From Candidatus Moraniibacteriota bacterium (GTDB taxonomy: Bacteria > Patescibacteriota > Minisyncoccia > Moranbacterales > UBA2206): 64,000 nt of DNA. A model generated the notes under the pieces. That model was not told the origin of the DNA. It made no database searches and was given only the letters and a program-made list of their open reading frames with translations. Below are positions 10,227-18,419 of this stretch, piece by piece (within the stretch, counting starts at the first letter, position 1; every line of letters starts with the position of its first letter). Where the stretch lies: positions 1,267-65,266 of the forward strand of contig JAPLXG010000013.1 of assembly GCA_026396175.1 (NCBI GenBank), in the 5' to 3' direction. The position numbers and the translations under genes were made by a program.

Positions 10227-10335
10227 AAATGACATAGTTTTTTCAAAAAACTATGTCATCCTGAGCGAAGTCCCGAGTACTCTCGGGACGAAGTCGAAGG
10301 ATCTACTCGCGAACATCGTCAGTTTTGTCTATAAA
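10227..10335. repeat. Perfect 14-bp hairpin TGACATAGTTTTTT/AAAAAACTATGTCA followed by one unit of the ATCCTGAGC-[hairpin]-GTCGAAGGATCT repeat family
   Basis: gtcatcctgagcgaagtcccgagtactctcgggacgaagtcgaaggatct. The same flanks recur at 14296-14420 and 50447-50495. Confidence 0.7.
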
Positions 10336-10361
10336 AAAATTAAATTTGGGATGACAAAACA

Positions 10362-11108
10362 CTATTTTTCTACTGGAACGACGCTGGTTATAACCACATC
10401 CTCCACCGGTCGATCAGGCGTTGTCGTTTTGACATTCTCAATCTTCAGTGCCGTATCCAGTCCACTCACCACCTCACCAAAAACCGTATAATTCGGATCC
10501 AACATCGCTGAAGGATTAGCCGTCACGATGAAAAACTGACTACCATTAGTGTTCGGTCCGGAATTAGCCATCGCAAGTGTCCCTTGCGGATATTTTTCCG
10601 TTCCTGTGAGTTCGTCTTTGAATTTATACCCGGGTCCGCCAGATCCCCAACTGCTCTTCATCGCAGAATTCTTAGAAAGCGGATCTCCAGCTTGAATCAT
10701 AAAACCCTTGATGACGCGATGGAATTTCGTGTTCTCATAAAATTTCAGTTGGGCTAGTTGCAAAAAATTAGTCACGGTCAGTGGCGTGGCTGTACCATTG
10801 AATTTAACCTTAATGTCCCCCAGGCTGGTTTTAATCGTGGCAAAAGGATATTTTTTGATCAAATCCTGACTGATCACTGGCGCTTTTGGTGCATTTGAAC
10901 TCATATTATTTGATTCGTTTAATGAATTATTTAAATTAGCATTTTCCTGATCCGTGGACTTGGCGATACTATCCTGTGCTTTTTTAGGAACGCCAAGTAG
11001 ACCACTCGCCACTCCGGATTTGTCTGCGCTGTTATCGCTAGCGCAACCGGAAAAAAGAATAAGCGCTATAAACAAGCCAGCCACACTAAGAATTTTTTTT
11101 GTTTGCAT
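10362..11108 (-). CDS. Cyclophilin-type peptidyl-prolyl cis-trans isomerase, lipoprotein
   Basis: 248 aa. Lipobox LFSGCASD. Cyclophilin core FHRVIKGFMIQAGDP ... GTLAMANSGPNTNGSQFFI. Confidence 0.85.
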   Translation of the reverse strand: MQTKKILSVAGLFIALILFSGCASDNSADKSGVASGLLGVPKKAQDSIAKSTDQENANLNNSLNESNNMSSNAPKAPVISQDLIKKYPFATIKTSLGDIKVKFNGTATPLTVTNFLQLAQLKFYENTKFHRVIKGFMIQAGDPLSKNSAMKSSWGSGGPGYKFKDELTGTEKYPQGTLAMANSGPNTNGSQFFIVTANPSAMLDPNYTVFGEVVSGLDTALKIENVKTTTPDRPVEDVVITSVVPVEK

Positions 11109-11157
11109 ACTGATGATAATATAAAAAAGCTAAGACGCAGCTTTCTTTAAAAAAATA

Positions 11158-11535
11158 TTAAGCTGATTTAAGCTCCGCTTTCCCCTTCATAAAAACCTTG
11201 TATTTTACCATCTCTCTTTCTAATAGTTCCACTCGCCTAGAAAGAGAGTCGTTTTCTTTCGGGGTCAACTTTCTCTCGCCAATACGGATGAGTTCGAATT
11301 TAATTTCTTTTAATTCTTTTTCCATCAACTCGAATTTGTCATCAATATTAAAAAGATGCTTGAGCGTAATTTTTTGGTTAGCCTCCACCTCTCCCATTCT
11401 TCTCTCCAATCCGATTAAACCCTCAGCAACAAGCTGGGTATTGCCATCCATTTTTTCCAAAAGCATCATCACTTGGCTCGCACTAAATATTTTCTTTACT
11501 TCCTTGTCTTTTGAAATTCGTTTTATTTTCTTCAT
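11158..11535 (-). CDS. Hypothetical coiled-coil protein
   Basis: 125 aa, charged and heptad-rich. No recognisable domain. Confidence 0.45.
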   Translation of the reverse strand: MKKIKRISKDKEVKKIFSASQVMMLLEKMDGNTQLVAEGLIGLERRMGEVEANQKITLKHLFNIDDKFELMEKELKEIKFELIRIGERKLTPKENDSLSRRVELLEREMVKYKVFMKGKAELKSA

Positions 11536-11622
11536 AAAGTTTAATTTTACGCATTGATAGGCACTATTTTATTATACTCAGAAATTAACTCTCGGTCAAA
11601 CAAGAAATTATAGTAAAAAGGC

Positions 11623-12492
11623 CTATTTTGTCGTGGTTAATTCGCAATCACTTTTGACGCTCGCGCAATCATAGACCACATCGCCCTGCTGATCTGTGCG
11701 TAGAATTCTAATCTTATCATCTTGCAAGCGGCTCAAAACTTCTGCGGTCGGGTGTCCATAGCGGTTATCTTTTCCCACCGAAATGACTGCTTCCTTGGGG
11801 TGCACAAGCTCCAGCCATTGCGCGCTCGTGGCAGATTTTGACCCGTGATGAGCAATTTTGAGCACATTGGCGCTCAGAGGCAATCTAGAGCTAATCAACT
11901 GACTATCAGCTTCCAATGGCAAATCTCCCGTGAACAGAAAACTGTTTTCGCCATAAGTTAGCTTTGCCACAATGCTCGCTAAATTAGTATCGTCTTTCAG
12001 CCCGGAAATTATTGCATCGGTCGGACTAAACACTTCCAGTTCCGCGTCATCGGAAAGTTTAACTTTCATCCCGCGCCTCGCAATTTGTTTTTCCACCTTT
12101 TTGTCGGAAATTATTTTTTCCAAAGCGCCAAAAACTTGCGACTCACTCTGCGCTCCGCTTTCAATCACCTGGTCGACAGAATAATTTTTGAGCACGTCAA
12201 CAAGTCCCGTAATGTGATCCGCGTCCGGATGCGTCGCAATTACCACATCAATTTTCCGATCCCAAAACGGCACATATTCGCCCAACTTTTCCATTAGTTT
12301 TGTTCCGCTCGGTCCGCCATCGATGAGAATTTGTTTTTCACCATCAGAAATCAAAATCGCATCCCCTTGCCCCACATCCAAAAACGCCACCTGCAATTTT
12401 TGATTTTGCGCGTGAGAATTCACACCAAAAAAAATCAGTCCAAAAGTCAGAAGGATTCCAAGGGAAAAATAGATTAGTTTTCGGTTTGGCAT
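11623..12492 (-). CDS. ComEC C-terminal metallo-beta-lactamase domain protein (stand-alone)
   Basis: 289 aa. Signal/TM segment, then FLDVGQGDAILI ... IATHPDADHITG ... IAHHGS, the ComEC MBL module. Confidence 0.75.
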   Translation of the reverse strand: MPNRKLIYFSLGILLTFGLIFFGVNSHAQNQKLQVAFLDVGQGDAILISDGEKQILIDGGPSGTKLMEKLGEYVPFWDRKIDVVIATHPDADHITGLVDVLKNYSVDQVIESGAQSESQVFGALEKIISDKKVEKQIARRGMKVKLSDDAELEVFSPTDAIISGLKDDTNLASIVAKLTYGENSFLFTGDLPLEADSQLISSRLPLSANVLKIAHHGSKSATSAQWLELVHPKEAVISVGKDNRYGHPTAEVLSRLQDDKIRILRTDQQGDVVYDCASVKSDCELTTTK

Positions 12493-12520
12493 AAAAAAAT
12501 ATAACGCAAAAAATTTTATT

Positions 12521-12775
12521 TATATCCCCTTCTCCCTCCGGGAGAAGGTGGCTGAAAGCCGGATGAGGGAAAGGGCGTTTGATAAATAACAGCCTAGATT
12601 TGCTTAGATTATTCTTAATATATAGCCCTTGCCCTCACCTGTCATGAGTACATGACATCCCTGCCTACCGGCAGGCAGGCTCTCCCAAGGGGAGAAGAGG
12701 AATTGAAGAGACTATTCCGTAGCCTCACCTGTCCTCCGGACATCCTCTCCCGGAGGGAGAGGAGGATGTTTCATT
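12521..12775. repeat. GC-rich multi-hairpin interspersed element, copy a (about 255 bp)
   Basis: A string of perfect palindromes: CCTTCTCCCTCCGGGAGAAGG, GGCCGAAAGCC, GGATGAGGGAAAGGGCG...GCCCTTGCCCTCACC, GTCATGAGTACATGAC, CCTGCCTACCGGCAGGCAGG, CTCTCCCAAGGGGAGAAG, TGTCCTCCGGACA. Homologous copies lie at 16148, 21711 and 56088. It overlaps the last codons of the comEC ORF. Confidence 0.85.
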
Positions 12776-14236
12776 AGTTTTCTTTTTCAAATAATACACC
12801 CCGCCCACCAAAATTATATACCAAATCACCATTCCTTGCCACGAAAGCCCGACTGCGAGAGCGGAAAATTTGAGGTTGGCGAAATAGTGGATGACAAAAA
12901 TTTCATAGCGCAATGAAAGATAGGCCAGCCAAGAAAAAAGAACCGCTAGTGGTTGAAAGATAAAACTGACTGCGACCGCCAAAAATCCAATGAGCATCGT
13001 GAAGGGCAAAATTGGCAGGACTAAAATATTTGTTACGGGTGAAATAAGCGAAAGCGCTTGGAAATTAAAGAGAATAATCGGCAGAACAAAAATTTGGGCA
13101 CTGAGCGACATAAATAAAATTTCGGAAATTAGGGAAATAATGGTGGGATATTTTTTCAACTTTTCGCCAAAAAATTTTTCAAATATCGGATAGAAATAGA
13201 CGATGCCGATTGTTGCCAAAAACGACAGTTGAAATCCGACATCATAGCGAAGAAGAAGCGGATTCCACCAAAGCATCACCGTCGCCGAAAAAATTATGGC
13301 GTTCCCTGCATTTGCCAAGCGTCCATTTTTCATCGCATAGAGCAAAAGCGTTCCCATCACCCCGGCCCGAATGGCTGACGTCGGAAAGCCAGTCATTAAA
13401 ATGAAAATCCAAATCCCGATAAGGGCAAACCAAAAAGCTTGCCGTCGCCACAAACCGATAAAAAACCCAAGAATCATTAGATATTGCGCCACGATTGTGA
13501 TGTTATACCCGGAAACAGCCACGATGTGCGTCATTCCGGTACGCGAAAAATCGGCCTGAATTTCTTTGGATAAGTTGCCACTTCCACCAATAATTAATCC
13601 CTCGAGCAGTCCGGCTTCCGGAGACGGAATCAGCGCGTAAATCTTGGCACTAAATTTATTTTTCAACGCGACGACCGTGGCATAAAAACCATTGCCCAAG
13701 TTTTGACCGGTTTTCTCGATTTGTGGTTTTTGGCAAAGATAAAAAATGTCCTGTCGTGCCAAATAGGCTTTGTAATCAAATGTGCTGTCCGCCATATTTT
13801 TCGGAATCGCGAGTTGGCATTTCAGTTCCAACTCATCGCCGTAGGCAAAATTTTTATAGGCGCTTTCTTGGATGAGAATATTATAATCAGTATTGTTTGG
13901 CTTGAAAATTAAATCTTGCCGACTATCTTTTATTTTCGGCTCCGCCACGACCATTCCCCGTCCGGAAAAATCTACCGCTTCCGGAGCATTTTCAAATGAA
14001 GCTATTTTATCAATTCTTTTTTGCGTAACAAAAAAACCAGCTGCAAAAAGCAATAGCGCGAGTGTTATAAAAATTGCCTTTTTATTTCTATAAAATACAA
14101 AAAAGATAATTACCGCCGAAAGCAACACGAGTTGCGCAAAAATCGCAGGAATATAATTCGGATAAAAAAAAGAAGCGCCAAAAACGCCCCCGATAAAACT
14201 CAATGAAACAACCAAAAATATTTTCGCTTTGTCCAT
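12725..14236 (-). CDS. comEC: ComEC/Rec2 competence channel (DUF4131 plus Competence domain; MBL domain encoded separately)
   Basis: 503 aa, polytopic. TGMTHIVAVSGYNITIV matches the competence domain. The C-terminal approximately 15 aa are read from the repeat element. Confidence 0.8.
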   Translation of the reverse strand: MDKAKIFLVVSLSFIGGVFGASFFYPNYIPAIFAQLVLLSAVIIFFVFYRNKKAIFITLALLLFAAGFFVTQKRIDKIASFENAPEAVDFSGRGMVVAEPKIKDSRQDLIFKPNNTDYNILIQESAYKNFAYGDELELKCQLAIPKNMADSTFDYKAYLARQDIFYLCQKPQIEKTGQNLGNGFYATVVALKNKFSAKIYALIPSPEAGLLEGLIIGGSGNLSKEIQADFSRTGMTHIVAVSGYNITIVAQYLMILGFFIGLWRRQAFWFALIGIWIFILMTGFPTSAIRAGVMGTLLLYAMKNGRLANAGNAIIFSATVMLWWNPLLLRYDVGFQLSFLATIGIVYFYPIFEKFFGEKLKKYPTIISLISEILFMSLSAQIFVLPIILFNFQALSLISPVTNILVLPILPFTMLIGFLAVAVSFIFQPLAVLFSWLAYLSLRYEIFVIHYFANLKFSALAVGLSWQGMVIWYIILVGGVYYLKKKTNETSSSPSGRGCPEDR

Positions 14237-14289
14237 GAAAATATTATAGCAGAAATTTCAATCCATCTCATCTGGTAAACATAAAAACA

Positions 14290-14430
14290 ATTGTCATTCT
14301 GAGCGAAGCGGAGCGGAGTCGAAGAATCTGCCACAGGTTATTGTTAGCGTTACTACAAATAGCGAAGACTACGATTATAGCAAGCAGATTCTTCGACTAC
14401 GTCCGAGTACGGACTCCGCTCAGGATGACA
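14290..14430. repeat. MITE-like inverted pair of the ATYCTGAGC...TCGAAGRATCT unit
   Basis: tgtcattctgagcgaagcggagcggagtcgaagaatctgc ... gcagattcttcgactacgtccgagtacggactccgctcaggatgaca; imperfect inverted repeats of about 45 bp flanking a 52-bp centre. Confidence 0.7.
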
Positions 14431-14493
14431 TTTTTTGTTTTGACCCCTCTCCTTTACAAGAAAAGGATTAGGCCGAGGTGGATTTTGTTCTAA

Positions 14494-14530
14494 CTCAATA
14501 TTTTTACACAATCAATTTTTATGTTAGAAT
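14494..14530 (+). promoter_or_regulatory. Sigma70-like promoter (TTTACA, 16 nt spacer, TGtTAGAAT extended -10)
   Basis: tttttacacaatcaatttttatgttagaat on the plus strand, about 10 nt before the candidate ncRNA. Confidence 0.5.
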
Positions 14531-14534
14531 ATCA

Positions 14535-14880
14535 TTAGGCCTTTCGATTTGAATCTCATAGCAAGGGAGGTGGTACATTTGGACTGTCGCAACATTAACT
14601 TGCGGAAAAAATAAAGGGTGCTGAGTGGTGTATTTTCAGTTGACCCTTTAAAGGGTCATTGATGGGAGCCGCAAAGTAAGGAGCAAACAACCGCCTACTA
14701 CCTGTCAAATAGGTTAGCCATCATCCTATACTGAGAAAGGCCAAACTCCTTTAGCTATTCGCTAAAGAAAAATGATAGGAAGATTAATATATCTTCGGGT
14801 ACCGCCGACTACCCCAGGGAAAGAGACGATTGTTCTCAGTCGGAAAAGGGTAAGCTTCATATGAAACTTACCCCTTAATT
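14535..14880 (+). ncRNA. Candidate structured ncRNA of about 350 nt, possibly RNase P RNA (rnpB)
   Basis: Non-coding on both strands. Bounded by a plus-strand promoter and a plus-strand intrinsic terminator. Contains GGAGCAAACAACCGCC (cf. E. coli M1 RNA AGAGCAAACCGCC), AAGGCCAAA and GGUGCUGAG, and many local helices. The identification is tentative. Confidence 0.35.
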
Positions 14881-14890
14881 TTATTTTGTA
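14846..14890 (+). terminator. Intrinsic terminator
   Basis: GGGTAAGCttcatatgaaaCTTACCC followed by CTTAATTTTATTTT. Confidence 0.55.
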
Positions 14891-14899
14891 GCAAAAAGA

Positions 14900-15136
14900 T
14901 TACCCAACATCCACCATCTTCCTCGACGAACTTTTTCCTCCGATAATCGAAATAGCGCTTTTGGCAACGCCAAAATGTTCAGCTAAAAGTTTAATTAGTG
15001 CCTCATTGGCTTTGCCGTCGACTGGTGGCGCATTCAAGTGCACTCGATACTCGCCTTCGCTGATTTTTTCAATCTTATTTTGCGACGAGCGCGGGATGAC
15101 TTTGATGTAAATTCGCATTTGGTTAAAAGTTGTCAT
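14900..15136 (-). CDS. DUF167 / YggU family protein
   Basis: 78 aa. IKVIPRSSQNKI ... NAPPVDGKANEALIKLLAEHFGVAKS is the YggU signature. Confidence 0.7.
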   Translation of the reverse strand: MTTFNQMRIYIKVIPRSSQNKIEKISEGEYRVHLNAPPVDGKANEALIKLLAEHFGVAKSAISIIGGKSSSRKMVDVG

Positions 15137-15282
15137 TCCCGCACCCGTTTCACGAGTATAAACTCCGGCGGGAATCTAGTGTAAAAACTAAACCAACTAG
15201 ATTGACCTACTATTTAGATTAGTTATTTAAACAACGCCTTTCCACTGGATCCCCGTCTTCACGGGGATGACACAAAGAGAGA

Positions 15283-16137
15283 TTAAGCGACTTCCTCTGC
15301 TTTCTGCGCGAAAGTGTTTTTCAATTTCAAAAACAAACTCACAAACATTAAGCCCAAAAGCAAAACATTCATCCCGATAAAAATTTCTCGCATAATGCCA
15401 GACTTCAAGTCTGTTCCCAAATAATAGGCGTGAAAAAAAGCGAGGGCATAGAGCGCGATATTCAGAAAATGCGTCACACGCCAAACGCGGTAAGATAGAT
15501 ATTTGCGGAAGTATGATGTGAGAATAATCGCAACCAGGGCATACATCCCCAGCACGCCCAGCGTCACCAGCTCAGGATTATAGGTAGAAGCGAATGGCAC
15601 GAAAATATCCTTGAGACTGAATTTAAGATAATTATCACCAAGCAAGACCAAGCCGTGAATAAAAGTAAAAACTAACGCTTGGACAGAAATCCAGGCATGG
15701 AAATTATATGATTCAAGCGGTTGAAAGATATTTTTTAATCCCGGAAAACGAATTGCGATGCCGAAAAAAATTGCGAGGTAAAGTAGTAAAAAAGAAATAA
15801 GGCCACCTGCTCTCGTGAGGTACCAGGACCAAAGTTGCCTCTCCTCTTCAGGATATTGCAACACGGTTATATTTTTTGTCACGCTCGGGCTGGTTCTGTC
15901 TAATGGATTAGTACCAGCCAGCACTTCCGCTCCGTCCAAAATTCCATCGCCGTCCGTGTCGGGATTGTTGGGATCAGTATGATAGATTTGTTTTTCGCCC
16001 TCGTCAGTCAGACCATCCAAGTCACTATCAATCACCGGATTATTTCCATAATCCACCTTTGGCGTTTCCGCCGCCAACGCCACACCAAAACGTGAGCCAA
16101 GGATAATTATTGTGATGATGAGGATTATTTTTTTCAT
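15283..16137 (-). CDS. Secreted/membrane protein: thrombospondin-type-3-like Ca-binding repeats plus ferric-reductase-like (MsrQ/YedZ-type) haem membrane domain
   Basis: 284 aa. Signal peptide. DSDLDGLTDEGE / DTDGDGILDGAE (DxDxDG repeats). Six-TM domain with conserved His (HAWISVQ, HGLVLLG, HFLNIALYALAFFHAYY). Confidence 0.6.
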   Translation of the reverse strand: MKKIILIITIIILGSRFGVALAAETPKVDYGNNPVIDSDLDGLTDEGEKQIYHTDPNNPDTDGDGILDGAEVLAGTNPLDRTSPSVTKNITVLQYPEEERQLWSWYLTRAGGLISFLLLYLAIFFGIAIRFPGLKNIFQPLESYNFHAWISVQALVFTFIHGLVLLGDNYLKFSLKDIFVPFASTYNPELVTLGVLGMYALVAIILTSYFRKYLSYRVWRVTHFLNIALYALAFFHAYYLGTDLKSGIMREIFIGMNVLLLGLMFVSLFLKLKNTFAQKAEEVA

Positions 16138-16147
16138 AGTTTATTAT

Positions 16148-16402
16148 TTATATCCCCTTCGCCATTAGGGAGAAGGTGGCCGAAGGCCGGATGAGGGAGA
16201 GGGCGTTTAATTAATGACGAGTTAGCTTTGTTTAGATTATTCTTAATATACAGCCCTTGCCCTCACCTGTCATGAGTACATGACATCCTCTCCCGAGGGG
16301 AGAAGATGAATTGAAGAGACTATTCCATAGCCTCGCCTGTCCTCCGGACATCCCTGCCTACCGGCAGGCAGACTCTCCCTAAGGGAGAGAAGGATATTTC
16401 AC
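16148..16402. repeat. GC-rich multi-hairpin interspersed element, copy b
   Basis: Same modules and order as 12521-12775. Lies between the ferric-reductase-domain gene start and the ApbE stop. Confidence 0.85.
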
Positions 16403-16409
16403 AAAATTA

Positions 16410-17324
16410 TCAAATAATATTCTTCATCTCCCCCGAAACCCAAGCATTCCCTCGATAATCCAGAAAAATGCTTTTGATTTTATGCTCCTTCGAAAACTTT
16501 TTACCTTCCTCCTTGCCCTTGAGAAATAACACCTTTGCCCAAAAATCAGCTTCTGTGACGCTTGGCGCCACCACCGTCACTGATTGCAAATCAAAAGAAA
16601 AATTTTGGGGACTTTTTGGATTGATCAAATGATGAAATCTTTTTTCGCCACCCTCCCATTTGCGCTTGCCGATGCCTGAAGTGGCAATGGCTGCGTTTTT
16701 CAGCGTGACCAGTATTTTTTCCTCGGCAATTCCTTCCACATCAATTTTCCAGTTTTCGCCCTTTTGATCAACACCGCTTGCAAACATATCTCCGCCAGAA
16801 TCAATCAGAAAATTTTGGAAACCTGCTTGTCGGAGCGTCACGCAGGCTGTGTCTGTGATATAGCCCTTGGCAATTCCCGCAAAATCCATCCTGCGATTGA
16901 ACGAAATTTCTTCGCCTCTAATTATTAAATCTTTCCTCAAATCTTCTGCGCTCATTGCAGGAAAAGCTTTTTCGCTCAAAGCTATGGGACTATTTTTTCC
17001 AAAGTCTTTCACGTATCCGATCCATTCCAGCACATCAATGATCCGCGGATCAAACATTCCCTCGCTGAGCACATAATAATCCAGATTTTTTTTCGCAACA
17101 GCCAAAAAATGTGGCGAGGCTTGGGAAAATTTTCCCAAATTATGGTTGAAATAATTTAACTCACTCTCAGGAACAAAGCGGCTGAAAATCTTTTCGGCCG
17201 AAAAATAGAAATCTTTTGCCTGCTCCAAGCTCTTCTCGGCCGTACTTTTTAGCCCCTCCTCACAAACAATCTGCAAATAGATTTCCGTTCCCAGCGCCTT
17301 AAATTCTAACTCTGTTTTTTTCAT
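16410..17324 (-). CDS. apbE: FAD:protein FMN transferase (ApbE family)
   Basis: Start trimmed to MKKTELEF. ApbE core with FLIDSGGDMFASG and GIAKGY. Confidence 0.8.
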   Translation of the reverse strand: MKKTELEFKALGTEIYLQIVCEEGLKSTAEKSLEQAKDFYFSAEKIFSRFVPESELNYFNHNLGKFSQASPHFLAVAKKNLDYYVLSEGMFDPRIIDVLEWIGYVKDFGKNSPIALSEKAFPAMSAEDLRKDLIIRGEEISFNRRMDFAGIAKGYITDTACVTLRQAGFQNFLIDSGGDMFASGVDQKGENWKIDVEGIAEEKILVTLKNAAIATSGIGKRKWEGGEKRFHHLINPKSPQNFSFDLQSVTVVAPSVTEADFWAKVLFLKGKEEGKKFSKEHKIKSIFLDYRGNAWVSGEMKNII

Positions 17325-17328
17325 GCGT

Positions 17329-17652
17329 TTATTTTTCAAATTTGTCCACAATGCCGTTTTTGTTGTCATCCTTCACAATATATATTTCCTGAATATTCGG
17401 ATGCGGATCAACTGCATCCAAAATTCCATCACCATCACTATCTTTTTGTACTGTCGTCTGCGTTACCACGTCTGTCGTAGTATCGATCTTATTTGATCCA
17501 CTGGTAGAATTCGAACTACTGGTCGATTTTGTCACTGTCGTTTCACTGCCATCGTTATTGACCTCAGCTTTGGCAAAATGCAAAACAATGGAAAGAAAAA
17601 ATCCCAGTAGAAAAAATGCTAGAAAATATTTAATTTTGAACATTTTTTTCAT
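17329..17652 (-). CDS. Small secreted Ser/Thr-rich protein with a thrombospondin-type-3-like Ca-binding motif
   Basis: 107 aa. Signal peptide. DSDGDGILDAVDPHP, the same motif as in the 15283..16137 protein. Confidence 0.5.
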   Translation of the reverse strand: MKKMFKIKYFLAFFLLGFFLSIVLHFAKAEVNNDGSETTVTKSTSSSNSTSGSNKIDTTTDVVTQTTVQKDSDGDGILDAVDPHPNIQEIYIVKDDNKNGIVDKFEK

Positions 17653-17686
17653 ATTTATCCCCCACCACTTTTACTTTTGATTATGA

Positions 17687-18007
17687 TTATGATTTTCTTG
17701 TTGTCCGACTGCTGGATTTACTAGAGCTTGGCGTCGGCGTCGATACGGCAGTATTCGTTGTCGTTGTGACTTGCTGAGTTTGCAGCGTTTGCGGAGTACC
17801 GTTTAGCTGGCGTAGCTTGTTCTCTCGATCAGCCGAGATGGCATTTTGCGCGTTTAACAGGCTCGGATCAAGCGGATCCAATGTTGAGTTGGTGTCGGTT
17901 TTAAGCGCAAGATTTTTCTGATCCTGATTTTTAATCACCAAAACCGCGATCACCATCAAGAGGATGTTTATAATAAAGACTAAAATTTTATTGAGATGTT
18001 TTTGCAT
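17687..18007 (-). CDS. Membrane-anchored hypothetical protein (N-terminal TM, Thr/Ser/Gln-rich tail)
   Basis: 106 aa. Single N-terminal TM helix. Low-complexity C-terminus. Confidence 0.4.
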   Translation of the reverse strand: MQKHLNKILVFIINILLMVIAVLVIKNQDQKNLALKTDTNSTLDPLDPSLLNAQNAISADRENKLRQLNGTPQTLQTQQVTTTTNTAVSTPTPSSSKSSSRTTRKS

Positions 18008-18419
18008 ATTGTGAAACGCTTTTTATTTATCCTGCTTGCAAAGCTCTGGTAAATTATAGCAAAGAAGGGCAAAGCTAGCAATATTTAAAATTGAACATTT
18101 TCTGTCGAAGAAAACCCCCATCCATTGGACAGGGGCGGCAAAATTTGCGCCTTGAGATTACCTGAGCAGTTTATGCTCAGAGTTTTCGCGGTGGAGCCAA
18201 TTGAAAAAATCACTTGACACTATCGGCCTTGTTTCCCGCGAAACAGCAAACAGAAAATAGAGCAGCAATGCCGCAAGTCCCAAATAACGAAACACTCGCG
18301 TTATTTCCACCTTTCGACCACCTCCCTTAAAGAACAGGGTTAAAAAAACAAACACGGGAGAACTATCATTTGCTTATCAGTATATTTTCCCCAAATGAAG
18401 AAAGTGTGAAGTATTGATT

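Noticed and set aside
14535-14880. tmRNA as the identity of the 14.5-kb structured RNA
   Set aside because: A GCAAAC...CUAC string superficially resembles a tag-reading frame, but there is no tRNA-like acceptor/T-arm at either end. The would-be tag (ANNRLLPVK) lacks the usual hydrophobic Ala-rich ending. RNase P RNA or another ncRNA fits better.
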